DNA from: Lachnospirales bacterium
GTDB lineage: Bacteria; Bacillota; Clostridia; Lachnospirales; CAMZNU01
DNA: 64,000 bases
NCBI GenBank assembly: GCA_047973385.1
Contig: JBKEBX010000012.1
Location: 65,858-129,857, forward strand
Reading direction: 5' to 3'
Part shown: positions 9,220 to 20,978 of the stretch, in pieces
How positions within the stretch are numbered: the stretch's first letter is position 1
Layout: each line of letters opens with the position of its first letter
Translations under genes and position numbers: made by a program
The notes under the pieces: generated by a model
Told to the model about the DNA's origin: nothing
The model's database searches: none
What the model saw: only the letters and a program-made list of their open reading frames with translations

Positions 9220-10495
9220 AAGAGATAACTCCTTTCAAAATAGTTGTCACAAGTATTCCTAAAAATACTACCTCTGGTCCAAAATAATTAGTTAAGTACA
9301 AAGCAAATATAAGTCTTAGAGGTGTAATTATAAGGGATATATAGGCAGGTATTTGAGGTTTACCAATACCACTATACATACCGTTTCCAATCATTTCAAG
9401 TACACTGAAAAATTGACCTAGTGCAATAAACTTTAAGTACATTGCTGTATAAGTAACTGTCATAGTGTCTGCTATAAACAACTTAGCTATATTTTCTGCA
9501 AAAAAGAAAAATATAATACTCGTTAAAAATGCATAACATTCACCGATAGTTAAAGATATTTTAAAAGCTTTGTGTATTCTATCATAGTTTTTTGCTCCAA
9601 AATTTTGTCCTACAAATGCCGATGTAGCTGAAAGTAAACCAGCTGATACAAGCAAAGTTGCCGATTCAATTTGTAAACCTAACTTTTGTGCAGCAACAAC
9701 TTCATCTCCGAATTTGAAAAGTGCTGTTGCAACTAACATACTTATGAAAGTGAAAAAAAGTCTTTGAAGTGTGTAAGGTATACCAAGAGAAAAAATATCC
9801 TTAGTATACATATGATTTAAAGGTGTGTTAACCTTATAAGCTAAGTTTTCAAAATGTTTATATAGGAATATAAAAGTCATAAGCCCTTGGGCGATTAAGG
9901 TTGCAACAACTGCACCTGAAACACCAAAACCTAAAAAGTAAACAAACAATACATCTAAAACCAAATTTGTAATAACTCCAATAGTATTTACTTTCATATA
10001 TATTTTTGTAAGTCCAAGATTTGTTAAGACTCTTGTATATATTGTGTTTAAAAATGCGAAAATATTTACAAAGCCATATATACGTAAATAAGTAATTGCA
10101 GCTGTATATGTTTCAGCTTCATTTATTTTCATAATACTAAGAGTAAAACTTGGAAAAATTGTAAAAAAAACAAAGGAAATTATAGTTATTATACCATATA
10201 AAAAATATCCTGAGTTAAGGTATAGGTTATAGTCTTCTTTGTTGTTTGAACCAATTGAATGGGCTATTTTAACACCAGCACCAGTTACCACAAGAAAAAT
10301 AAGAGATACACCATAATTTATAAAAATAGATGCTGTGCCTACACCAGCTAGGGCGTTTTTACCTAAAACCCTACCTAAAACTAACATATCTACAATGTTA
10401 TATGTAAATTGCATTAGTCCTGCTAAAATAGAAGGAATGGCAACAGATAGGAGTAGCTTTAAAATACTACCCTCTGTTAAATCAATTTTTTTCAT
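9158..10495 (-). CDS. MATE-family efflux transporter
   Basis: 445 aa, 12-TM pattern, N-terminal LLSVAIPSILAGLMQFTYNIVD is typical of MATE. Confidence 0.85.
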   Translation of the reverse strand: MKKIDLTEGSILKLLLSVAIPSILAGLMQFTYNIVDMLVLGRVLGKNALAGVGTASIFINYGVSLIFLVVTGAGVKIAHSIGSNNKEDYNLYLNSGYFLYGIITIISFVFFTIFPSFTLSIMKINEAETYTAAITYLRIYGFVNIFAFLNTIYTRVLTNLGLTKIYMKVNTIGVITNLVLDVLFVYFLGFGVSGAVVATLIAQGLMTFIFLYKHFENLAYKVNTPLNHMYTKDIFSLGIPYTLQRLFFTFISMLVATALFKFGDEVVAAQKLGLQIESATLLVSAGLLSATSAFVGQNFGAKNYDRIHKAFKISLTIGECYAFLTSIIFFFFAENIAKLFIADTMTVTYTAMYLKFIALGQFFSVLEMIGNGMYSGIGKPQIPAYISLIITPLRLIFALYLTNYFGPEVVFLGILVTTILKGVISYGYYLFFVKKQIGVTIVPKR

Positions 10496-10511
10496 AAAGC
10501 CTCCAAGTTAC

Positions 10512-10533
10512 TATGTTTATTATAATAAACATA
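10512..10533. promoter_or_regulatory. perfect 22-bp palindrome immediately upstream of the MATE gene SD
   Basis: TATGTTTATTA|TAATAAACATA. On the minus strand GGAGG follows within about 7 nt. Confidence 0.4.
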
Positions 10534-10658
10534 AGTTAAAGCTATATTTACATAGCTACATATAGATAAGTATATCATTAATATTAATATAAGTAAATGC
10601 AAAACAACAATTGAATAGTAATAGAGAAAACTTAATGTTGTTAAATTAAAAATAATAT

Positions 10659-10700
10659 AAAAAACGCACAAATTCAACAATTAAAATTTATGCGTTTTTT
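10659..10700 (-). terminator. putative terminator after dnaJ
   Basis: aaaaaacgca...tgcgtttttt stem with a large loop, flanked by an A-run and a T-run. Confidence 0.5.
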
Positions 10701-10726
10701 ATGTGAAAAGAACATTGCCATTTTAT

Positions 10727-11857
10727 TTACTTATTGAATAATTTGTCAAAAAAACCACGTTTATGGTCTTTGTACTCATCGCCCATAGCTTCGGCAAAGT
10801 CCATTAGTTTTTGTTTCTGCTCTTCGTTTAATGATTTTGGTATTTGCACTTTGAATTTAACATACATATCACCAACATAACGATTGTTTCGTACATCAGG
10901 CACACCTTTGCTCTTTAAAGTTACAACTGTGTCTGTTTGTGTACCAGCACGAACAGAATAGCTATCATTGCCGTAAATTGTAGGTATTTCAACATCAGCA
11001 CCCAGTGTAGCTTGTACAAATGTGATAGGTAAGTCTAAGAAAATATCATTACCTTTTCTTACATAATATTCATGTGGCATTAAGTTTACAACTACAAGTA
11101 AATCACCTTGAGTTCCGCCATTTTCACCCATTGCACCTTTTCCACGAATACGGATACTTTGACCTGTATTTATACCCTTTGGTATTTCAATTTTAATAGC
11201 AGTGTTTTTACGATAATGCCCACTACCACTACACTTTTTACATGGATTTTCAATAATTTTACCTTTACCAGAACATTTTGAACAAGTTCTTACAGATGTC
11301 ATAATACCTAGCATAGTTTGTTGTTGAACACGTTCTTGACCTGAACCTTTACAGTTTGGACAAGTTTTAGGTATGCTTTTACCCTCAGAACCTGTTCCGT
11401 TACAGCTATCGCATTTTGTATCAATAGGAAGTGTTAACTCCTTTGATGCACCAAAAACACTTTCTTCAAGTGTTATGTTTATATTTGTTTGAAGGTCAGC
11501 ACCACGTCTTGGGCCGTTGCTGTTTCTTCTTGAACCTCCACCAAAGAAGTCGCCGAAAATATCTCCGAAGATATCTCCCATATCAAAACCGTAACTACCA
11601 CCATAGCCACCATATCCGCCACCAGCTCCGTTTTCAAAAGCTGAATGACCAAATTGGTCATACTTTTGGCGTTTTTGTGAATCTTGTAGTACGTCATAAG
11701 CTTCACTTAACTCTTTAAACTTTTCTTCTGCTTCTTTGTTATCAGGGTTAGCATCGGGGTGATACTTCTTAGCTTTTGTTCTATATGCTTTTTTTAGTTC
11801 AGCGTCTGTCGCATTTTTAGATACGCCTAATACTTCATAATAATCACGTTTTGACAT
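10727..11857 (-). CDS. dnaJ: molecular chaperone DnaJ
   Basis: J-domain with HPD, G/F-rich region, four CxxCxGxG zinc motifs. Confidence 0.97.
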   Translation of the reverse strand: MSKRDYYEVLGVSKNATDAELKKAYRTKAKKYHPDANPDNKEAEEKFKELSEAYDVLQDSQKRQKYDQFGHSAFENGAGGGYGGYGGSYGFDMGDIFGDIFGDFFGGGSRRNSNGPRRGADLQTNINITLEESVFGASKELTLPIDTKCDSCNGTGSEGKSIPKTCPNCKGSGQERVQQQTMLGIMTSVRTCSKCSGKGKIIENPCKKCSGSGHYRKNTAIKIEIPKGINTGQSIRIRGKGAMGENGGTQGDLLVVVNLMPHEYYVRKGNDIFLDLPITFVQATLGADVEIPTIYGNDSYSVRAGTQTDTVVTLKSKGVPDVRNNRYVGDMYVKFKVQIPKSLNEEQKQKLMDFAEAMGDEYKDHKRGFFDKLFNK

Positions 11858-11955
11858 TTTTTCTCTCCAATATTTAATATGTATGATAATATCACATAAA
11901 GAGTGAAGAAAGTTGATTCTCCACCCTTATGATATTTTTAAAACATTATTTTTTA

Positions 11956-14434
<2,479 letters not shown>

Positions 14435-14438
<4 letters not shown>

Positions 14439-15460
14439 CTATCTTTTTCTAAAATTTGTTCTAGTAATTTTGTTACACTATTGATTGTGTCAATTGTGTT
14501 TGTATATTCCATTCTTTTAGGCCCAATAACGCTTATACAACCACTTGCATTTTTAACTTTATATTTTGATTTTACAATAGAAAAGTTTTGCAGTTGTTCT
14601 TGTTCGTTTTCAGAACCTATAAGAATTTGTAAACTGTCAGAACTATCATCGCCTAGCATTGTAAGCAAAAGTTGTTTTTCTTCTAAGGCTTTAAATAATT
14701 CGACAGCATTACCTACGTCACTAAATTCAGGGTAGTTAAGAATTTTATCAGTACCCGATGTGTATACTTTATAATCTTGTTTTTTACTAAATTCTGAAAC
14801 AATTGCTTGTAAAATCGGAACAAGAATTGTTTCATCACCCTCAATACTAGATTTTATTGTGTTTATTTCTTCGTTTGTAACTTCAGATGCAAGTTTACCT
14901 TTAAACACTTGATTTAATCTTTTCGAGATAGTTTCGATGTCTTCGTTAGCACTGTCAAAACCAGAAACATCTACAAGTTGATTTTTGATTATAGTATCTT
15001 CCATAACCATAACTAAAAGTAGTGTATCAAAATCTATTTGAGATACTTGAATATGTTTAAAAGCTAATTCATCACGTTTAGGTTCACTTACAATGGTAAC
15101 ATAGTTAGTAAGAGAACTAATCATTTTGGCTGTTTCACGCATTAAAAAATCTATATGAGTAAGATTTTTATTAATCATTTGAGATATAAGTTCATAATCA
15201 AGGTTTGTTGATTTCTTTGGTACGATTTCATCAACGTACATTCTATAACCTTTGTCAGATGGTATTCTACCAGCTGAAGCATGAGGTTGTACAATAAGCC
15301 CAAGTTCCTCAAGGTCGCTCATTTCGTTTCTAATTGTAGCCGATGATAAACCTATATCATATTTTTTTGCAATAGTTCGTGATCCAATAGGTTCACTTGA
15401 TGAAATATACTCTGTAACAATTGCTTTTAAAATACTTTTCTTTCTATCATTTAAGTCCAT
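14435..15460 (-). CDS. hrcA: heat-inducible transcription repressor HrcA
   Basis: N-terminal winged helix (PIGSRTIAKKY...SSATIRNEM). First gene of the dnaK operon, with CIRCE upstream. Confidence 0.95.
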
Positions 15461-15545
15461 AGTTGAATCACCTCCTAAAGTCTATATTTATAACTATATC
15501 CATAATAACTTTAGATATACTTTTTGGGTACTTATTTTTTAGCTA

Positions 15546-15572
15546 TTAGCACTCACTGACTTCGAGTGCTAA
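15546..15572 (-). promoter_or_regulatory. CIRCE operator (HrcA binding site) of the dnaK operon
   Basis: TTAGCACTC-actgacttc-GAGTGCTAA, a perfect consensus. Confidence 0.95.
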
Positions 15573-15576
15573 TATT

Positions 15577-15604
15577 ATTATACACTATTTAAATATTTTG
15601 TCAA
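15577..15604 (-). promoter_or_regulatory. sigmaA promoter of hrcA-grpE-dnaK-dnaJ
   Basis: Minus strand: TTGACA, 16-nt spacer, TATAAT, ending 4 nt before CIRCE. Confidence 0.75.
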
Positions 15605-15743
15605 GGGGTAAAATAGATTTTTTTTAAATTAACACATTTTTTTAAACAATAATGTGAACAGTATTAGCTAAAAGAGTATACAATTTCTTTACTTTTTACC
15701 ATATATTTGATATAATATTATTAATATAAAGGGGTGTAAATCT

Positions 15744-17597
15744 ATGAGGTTATATAATGGTAGAATAATTGAGTTATTAGCTCCAGCAGGAAACTTAGAG
15801 ATATTTAAAGAGATTGTTGAGACAAACTGTGACGCTATTTTATTGGGCGGTGTTGATTTCAATATGCGAAGAATGAGAGATGGGTTTAACTTTACAAATG
15901 ATGAATTGCAAGAAGTTATGAAAATTGCAAAGATTTATAACAAAAAAATATATATTGCATTAAATGTATTGATAGCAAGTGAAGAAGTTGAAGAACTTAA
16001 AGATTATTTGGTTTTTTTAGATAATTTGAAACCTGATGCTATTATGGTTCAAGATTTTGCTATATTTGAGATTATAAAATCTATGAGACTTAAAAATCTA
16101 AACATACATTCTTCAATTCAAATGAATATTCATGAAGTTGAAAGCGTTAAATTACTTAAAGAGCTTGGTGTAGGTAAAATTGTACTTAGTTACGAATGTA
16201 GTGCTTTTGAAATACGAGAAATGTATAGAAAAACGAATATGGATTTTGAGTATTTTTGTTATGGAGAAATGTGTACAGTGAAAAATGCACAATGTGGAGC
16301 AAGTTCTTTTATTTTTGGGAACAATACAGGGCGTGGACGTTGTTTTAAAGTCTGTCGGTGGAACTATAACTTAGAACATGATGGTAAATTAGTTGAGCCT
16401 TTTTATCCACTTGGAACTAAGGATTTATCTATATTTCCGTATATTAAAGAACTTTTTGAATGTGGAATTACAACGTTTAATATTGAAGGCAGAATGAGAG
16501 ATGCAAGTTTTTTAGTTCCTGTTATAAATACTTTTGGTTATGCAATTGATGAGTTAATTGAACAGGGTAGTTATTCAAGATCATCATTTCTTTTGAATGA
16601 TACTAGAATTCGTGATTTATCTGTTGGATATTTAAAAGGTGACCCAAAACTTAACAATGTAAATGTTTACAATGAAAGTCATATAAAGAAGTTTAGTACA
16701 TCTGCTGAGATTTCAGAGATAGATGAGAAAACTACTGAGAAAATTATTGAATCTTTAAATATAAATGATGCTCCAAAAACGAAAAATCTATCTATATATG
16801 TAAGTAGAATTGATGCTTTAGAAGTTGCAATAAACGAAGGGGTTAGTCGTGTTTATATTTCAGATGAGTTTGAAAATATTATGCTTGATAACATCGAAAA
16901 GATAGATAAAAAAGATACTGAGATATTTTTTGCAACTCCAAGAACAATGTCCCCAGCTAGATTTCAGTTTGTTGAAGATATGATTAAATCTAAAATGTTT
17001 GATGGACTTCTATATACAACTTTTGGTTGTACAAAAAAGTTTAAAGATTACAAGGTTAAACTTGTTGCTGAATCAAATTTGCTAACTTATAATCATAAGG
17101 CAATTAAATTTATAACAGAAAATTTAAATACTGATGAAGTTACACTTAGCTATGAGCTTAATCAAAATGAACTTGCTTCCCTTTTAAAAGCTAATGATAA
17201 AGATATAGAAGTCATTGTACATGGTGTTTTTCCAATAATGTACACTCATAGAAGGCTTTTAGATTTCTTTGACCCAAAAGATGTAGAGTCAAATAAGTTA
17301 GTTTTAAAATCTGATAAAACTGATTTTGATGTTATAGAAGATAGATATTCAATGAGCAATATATTACCTCAAAAAGAATTTTGTTTACAAAATGTACTTG
17401 GTGAGCTTCAAAAATTTGAGCATATAAAACATTTTAGAATTGATGGTAGATTTTATGATAATGATGAGTTAAAGGATATTATACAAATATATAAAAATAC
17501 TATAAAGGCAAATGTTTTAGGTGATAACTACGAAAAATACGAAACAAAGAGAAAAGGCTTAACTTATGGTGCATTAAATTTCGGAGGAAATAAATAG
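15744..17597 (+). CDS. peptidase U32 family protein (long form)
   Basis: ELLAPAGNLEIFKEIVETNCDAILLGG N-terminus is typical of U32/YhbU-YegQ proteins. Confidence 0.75.
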   Translation: MRLYNGRIIELLAPAGNLEIFKEIVETNCDAILLGGVDFNMRRMRDGFNFTNDELQEVMKIAKIYNKKIYIALNVLIASEEVEELKDYLVFLDNLKPDAIMVQDFAIFEIIKSMRLKNLNIHSSIQMNIHEVESVKLLKELGVGKIVLSYECSAFEIREMYRKTNMDFEYFCYGEMCTVKNAQCGASSFIFGNNTGRGRCFKVCRWNYNLEHDGKLVEPFYPLGTKDLSIFPYIKELFECGITTFNIEGRMRDASFLVPVINTFGYAIDELIEQGSYSRSSFLLNDTRIRDLSVGYLKGDPKLNNVNVYNESHIKKFSTSAEISEIDEKTTEKIIESLNINDAPKTKNLSIYVSRIDALEVAINEGVSRVYISDEFENIMLDNIEKIDKKDTEIFFATPRTMSPARFQFVEDMIKSKMFDGLLYTTFGCTKKFKDYKVKLVAESNLLTYNHKAIKFITENLNTDEVTLSYELNQNELASLLKANDKDIEVIVHGVFPIMYTHRRLLDFFDPKDVESNKLVLKSDKTDFDVIEDRYSMSNILPQKEFCLQNVLGELQKFEHIKHFRIDGRFYDNDELKDIIQIYKNTIKANVLGDNYEKYETKRKGLTYGALNFGGNK

Positions 17598-17598
17598 A

Positions 17599-18669
17599 AT
17601 GAAAGATTTAAAATACCGACAGATTGTTAACTATTATAAAGACAAAATTAAAAATAACGAAATTTCACAAGGGGATAAAATTGCAACAGAGGCTGAACTT
17701 CAAAGTAAGTTTGATGTAAGTAGACATACTGTAAGACGTGCTTTAGAAGTTCTAGAGAAAGAAAATTATATATACAAAGAAAAAAGTGTGGGGTGTTTTG
17801 TTAAAAAAAGTGAGGGTTTTCAAGAAAATATAGTAGTTGTTATTACAACTCATGTTTCGGATTATATTTTTCCTTATATTATACGAGGCATACAAGATGT
17901 ACTTAGCAAAAATGGCTTCGACATAATGTTGCTTAGTACCAATAATGATAAAGATAAAGAGGCTATGCAACTTGAAAAATTACTTAGTTACAATATAAAA
18001 GGGGCAATTATTGAGCCGACAAATAGTGCAAAGGATAATATTAATAAAAAATATTATGACGAACTTTTTAAAAGAAATATTCCATTTGTAACTATAAATT
18101 CCTATTATGAAAACTATAATAATCCCTATGTAATTATGAAAGACAAAAAAGGTGGATATATAGCTACAAAACATCTTTTAGAACTTGGACATAAAAATGT
18201 TGCAGGAATATTTAAAGAAGATGATATGCAAGGGGTTATGCGTAAAGATGGATACTTAGAAGCTTTAGAGGAGTTTAATATAAACATTGATAAATCTTTA
18301 ATAGGGAGCTACAAAAGTAGTGACGAGGATTTTTACCCATATGCATTTGTAAAAAATCTGCTTAAAAATAATAAAGAATTAACAGGTATAGTTTGCTATA
18401 ATGATAAGATAGCTATGCAAGTTATTTTAGCACTGAAGGAGCTTGAAAAAAAAGTTCCTGAAGATGTTTCAATCGTAGGCTATGATAATAAATGGAGCTA
18501 TATAAATGGCATGGAAGATGGTATAACATCTGTTGAACATCCGAAAGAAGATTTAGGTATAAAAGCAGGTGAAATTTTACTTGATATGATGGAAAACAAT
18601 AGTAGGAACAATAGTCCGTACAAATTTGAACCTAAATTAATAATAAAAAATTCTACTAAGAAAATATAA
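17599..18669 (+). CDS. AraR-like regulator: GntR-type HTH fused to a LacI/PBP1 sugar-binding domain
   Basis: N-terminus has LPSE-like ATEAELQSKFDVSRHTVRRAL. The C-terminal 270 aa show a LacI-type periplasmic-binding fold pattern. Confidence 0.75.
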   Translation: MKDLKYRQIVNYYKDKIKNNEISQGDKIATEAELQSKFDVSRHTVRRALEVLEKENYIYKEKSVGCFVKKSEGFQENIVVVITTHVSDYIFPYIIRGIQDVLSKNGFDIMLLSTNNDKDKEAMQLEKLLSYNIKGAIIEPTNSAKDNINKKYYDELFKRNIPFVTINSYYENYNNPYVIMKDKKGGYIATKHLLELGHKNVAGIFKEDDMQGVMRKDGYLEALEEFNINIDKSLIGSYKSSDEDFYPYAFVKNLLKNNKELTGIVCYNDKIAMQVILALKELEKKVPEDVSIVGYDNKWSYINGMEDGITSVEHPKEDLGIKAGEILLDMMENNSRNNSPYKFEPKLIIKNSTKKI

Positions 18670-18680
18670 AGGAGAAGTTT

Positions 18681-19853
18681 ATGGAAAATTTTATTTACAA
18701 TAACAGAACAGAAATAATTTTTGGTAAGGATACCCAAAAAGAAGTAGGAATGCATTTGCAAAAAAGAGGTAGCAAAAAAGTTTTACTTCATTATGGAGGA
18801 GGCTCTATTAAAAGAAATGGTGTTTATGACGATGTTATAAAATCCTTAAATGAACATAACATAGAATATGTTGAGCTTGGTGGCGTTGAGCCAAACCCAG
18901 ACATTGACCTTGCAAGAGAAGGTTCTAGGCTTGTAAAGGAACATGGCTTAGATTTTGTTTTAGCCGTTGGTGGTGGTTCTGTTATAGATAGTGCAAAGGC
19001 TATTTCTATGGGGTCGAAATATGATGGCGATGTATGGGATTTTTATGTAAACAAAGCCGTTCCAACAGAGTTTTTACCTGTTGCAACAATTTTAACTATT
19101 CCAGCTACAGGGAGCGAAAGCAGTACAAGTACAGTTTTGAGCAACAGAGAACTTTCTATGAAAAGAGGTTTAAATCATATTGAAATTCGACCTATATTTA
19201 GTATTTTAAATCCTGAAACTTGCTATACATTACCTGTAAATCAAATTGCTTACGGTGTTACAGACATTATTGCACATATATTTGAACGCTATTTCACAAA
19301 TGTTAATTACACAAAAATTACTGATGTAATGGCTGAGGGTTGGATGAAAGTTCTAATAAATGAAGTTGACATTTTACTTAAAGATAAAACAGATTATGAT
19401 GCATGGGCTGAAGTTATGTGGGGTGGAACGCTTGCACATAATAGACTTCTTGACTGTGGTAGAATAGGTTGTTGGGGTTCTCATAGAATTGAACATGAGA
19501 TAAGTGCAATTTATCCGGAAGTAGCACATGGTGCAGGTCTTGCCGTTGTTTTTCCGGCTTGGATGAAGTATGTATATAAATCAAATATTGATATTTTTGT
19601 TCAATTTGCAGTAAATGTTTTTGGTGTAGATGTAAATATGCGTAATCAAGAAGCTATTGCGCTTGAAGGTATTGCAAGGCTTGAGAAGTTTTATGAAGGA
19701 ATGGGACTTTCAACAAATCTAAAAGACTTAGGTGTAAAAGAATCAGACTTTGAGATAATGGCTGAAAAAGCTGTTATGTTCGGTGACATTGGTGAGTTTG
19801 TAAAATTATCAAAAAATGATATTGTAGAAATTTTTAAAATTGCATATAAGTAA
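18681..19853 (+). CDS. iron-containing alcohol dehydrogenase (butanol dehydrogenase/YqhD-like)
   Basis: GGGS(V/I)IDSAK motif, conserved His cluster, 390 aa. Confidence 0.85.
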   Translation: MENFIYNNRTEIIFGKDTQKEVGMHLQKRGSKKVLLHYGGGSIKRNGVYDDVIKSLNEHNIEYVELGGVEPNPDIDLAREGSRLVKEHGLDFVLAVGGGSVIDSAKAISMGSKYDGDVWDFYVNKAVPTEFLPVATILTIPATGSESSTSTVLSNRELSMKRGLNHIEIRPIFSILNPETCYTLPVNQIAYGVTDIIAHIFERYFTNVNYTKITDVMAEGWMKVLINEVDILLKDKTDYDAWAEVMWGGTLAHNRLLDCGRIGCWGSHRIEHEISAIYPEVAHGAGLAVVFPAWMKYVYKSNIDIFVQFAVNVFGVDVNMRNQEAIALEGIARLEKFYEGMGLSTNLKDLGVKESDFEIMAEKAVMFGDIGEFVKLSKNDIVEIFKIAYK

Positions 19854-19869
19854 AAATAAATGGGATTTA

Positions 19870-19907
19870 TTGCAATGTGTCATTATTTTAGTTTTGCAAT
19901 GTTTCCA
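19870..19907 (+). repeat. right-end fragment of the intergenic repeat family
   Basis: TTGCAATGTGTCATTATTTTAGTTTTGCAATGTTTCC. Confidence 0.6.
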
Positions 19908-19912
19908 AATAT

Positions 19913-19949
19913 AAAAAAAGTGTGAATTTTCAAAATTCACACTTTTTTT
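19913..19949. terminator. bidirectional intrinsic terminator shared by the convergent adh and pflA genes
   Basis: A7-gtgtgaatt-ttcaa-aattcacac-T7. Confidence 0.85.
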
Positions 19950-19956
19950 ATATTAA

Positions 19957-20709
19957 TTATTTGTTTTTTTCAGATAAAGCTTTTTTCATACCATATAAAA
20001 TAAAACTTTTTGCATTTTTTGCATTTTCCTTAGGCAGAGCAGGAACATTTTTTAGTTTATATTCAAGTCCCATTTCTTTATATTTACTTACACCCATTGT
20101 ATGATATGGTAAAACATCAAGGGATTTAAGGCTTTTAAGCTTTGCTAAAAATTCGCCTAATTTTATTAAATAATCTTCATTGTATGTAATACCAGGTACA
20201 GCAACATGCCGTATCCATAAAGGTATATTTTTTTCAGAAAGATACAATGCAAAATCTAAAATATTTGTATTAGAAGAGCCTGTAAGCTTTATATGTTCAT
20301 CATTATCAATATGCTTAATATCTAGTATAACAATATCAGTGTACTTTAACAATTCATCAAATTTATCAAGATTGTTTCGACTAAAGGTTGCACCTGATGT
20401 ATCTATACAAGTATGAATATTTTTCTTTTTAGCCTTTTTGAAAAAATCTATAAGGAAATCAATTTGCATAAGTGGTTCACCACCTGTTACAGTTATACCA
20501 CCTTTGCAAAATTCCTTGTTTTTTTCATATTCCTCTAAAAGCTCGTTAGATGTTTTAGTAAAAGCATAACTGTTTAAATCAAGAGCATCAGGGTTGTGAC
20601 AGTATAAACATCTAAGAGGACACCCTTGGAGAAACAGGACAAATCTAATACCAGGACCGTCAACTGTTCCTAAGGTTTGTATAGAATGGATTTTACCTTG
20701 TATATCCAT
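19957..20709 (-). CDS. pflA: pyruvate formate-lyase activating enzyme (radical SAM)
   Basis: CPLRCLYCHNP CxxxCxxC motif, 250 aa, directly downstream of the pfl genes. Confidence 0.95.
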   Translation of the reverse strand: MDIQGKIHSIQTLGTVDGPGIRFVLFLQGCPLRCLYCHNPDALDLNSYAFTKTSNELLEEYEKNKEFCKGGITVTGGEPLMQIDFLIDFFKKAKKKNIHTCIDTSGATFSRNNLDKFDELLKYTDIVILDIKHIDNDEHIKLTGSSNTNILDFALYLSEKNIPLWIRHVAVPGITYNEDYLIKLGEFLAKLKSLKSLDVLPYHTMGVSKYKEMGLEYKLKNVPALPKENAKNAKSFILYGMKKALSEKNK

Positions 20710-20711
20710 AA

Positions 20712-20957
20712 TTATAAATTATTGTGGAAAGTTCTTGAAATAACGTCGTCTTGTTGCTCCTTTGTGAGTTTAATGAAGTTCACAGCATAACCTGAAACTC
20801 TAATTGTTAAATTAGGGTAGTTTTCAGGGTGCTTTTGAGCGTCAAGAAGTGTATCTTTGTTTAGTACATTTACATTTAGGTGATGTCCACCTTTTTCAAC
20901 ATATCCGTCTAAAATTGAAACTAAATTATCTATTTGTTGTTCTGGTACTTTATTCAT
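20712..20957 (-). CDS. stand-alone glycyl-radical subunit (C-terminal PFL domain, GrcA/YfiD-like)
   Basis: [56 protein letters not shown] corresponds to the PFL C-terminus, including the RVSGYAV radical glycine. It has its own SD AAGGAGAAG 8 nt before the ATG. Confidence 0.9.
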   Translation of the reverse strand: MNKVPEQQIDNLVSILDGYVEKGGHHLNVNVLNKDTLLDAQKHPENYPNLTIRVSGYAVNFIKLTKEQQDDVISRTFHNNL

Positions 20958-20978
20958 AATAAACTTCTCCTTATAAAA

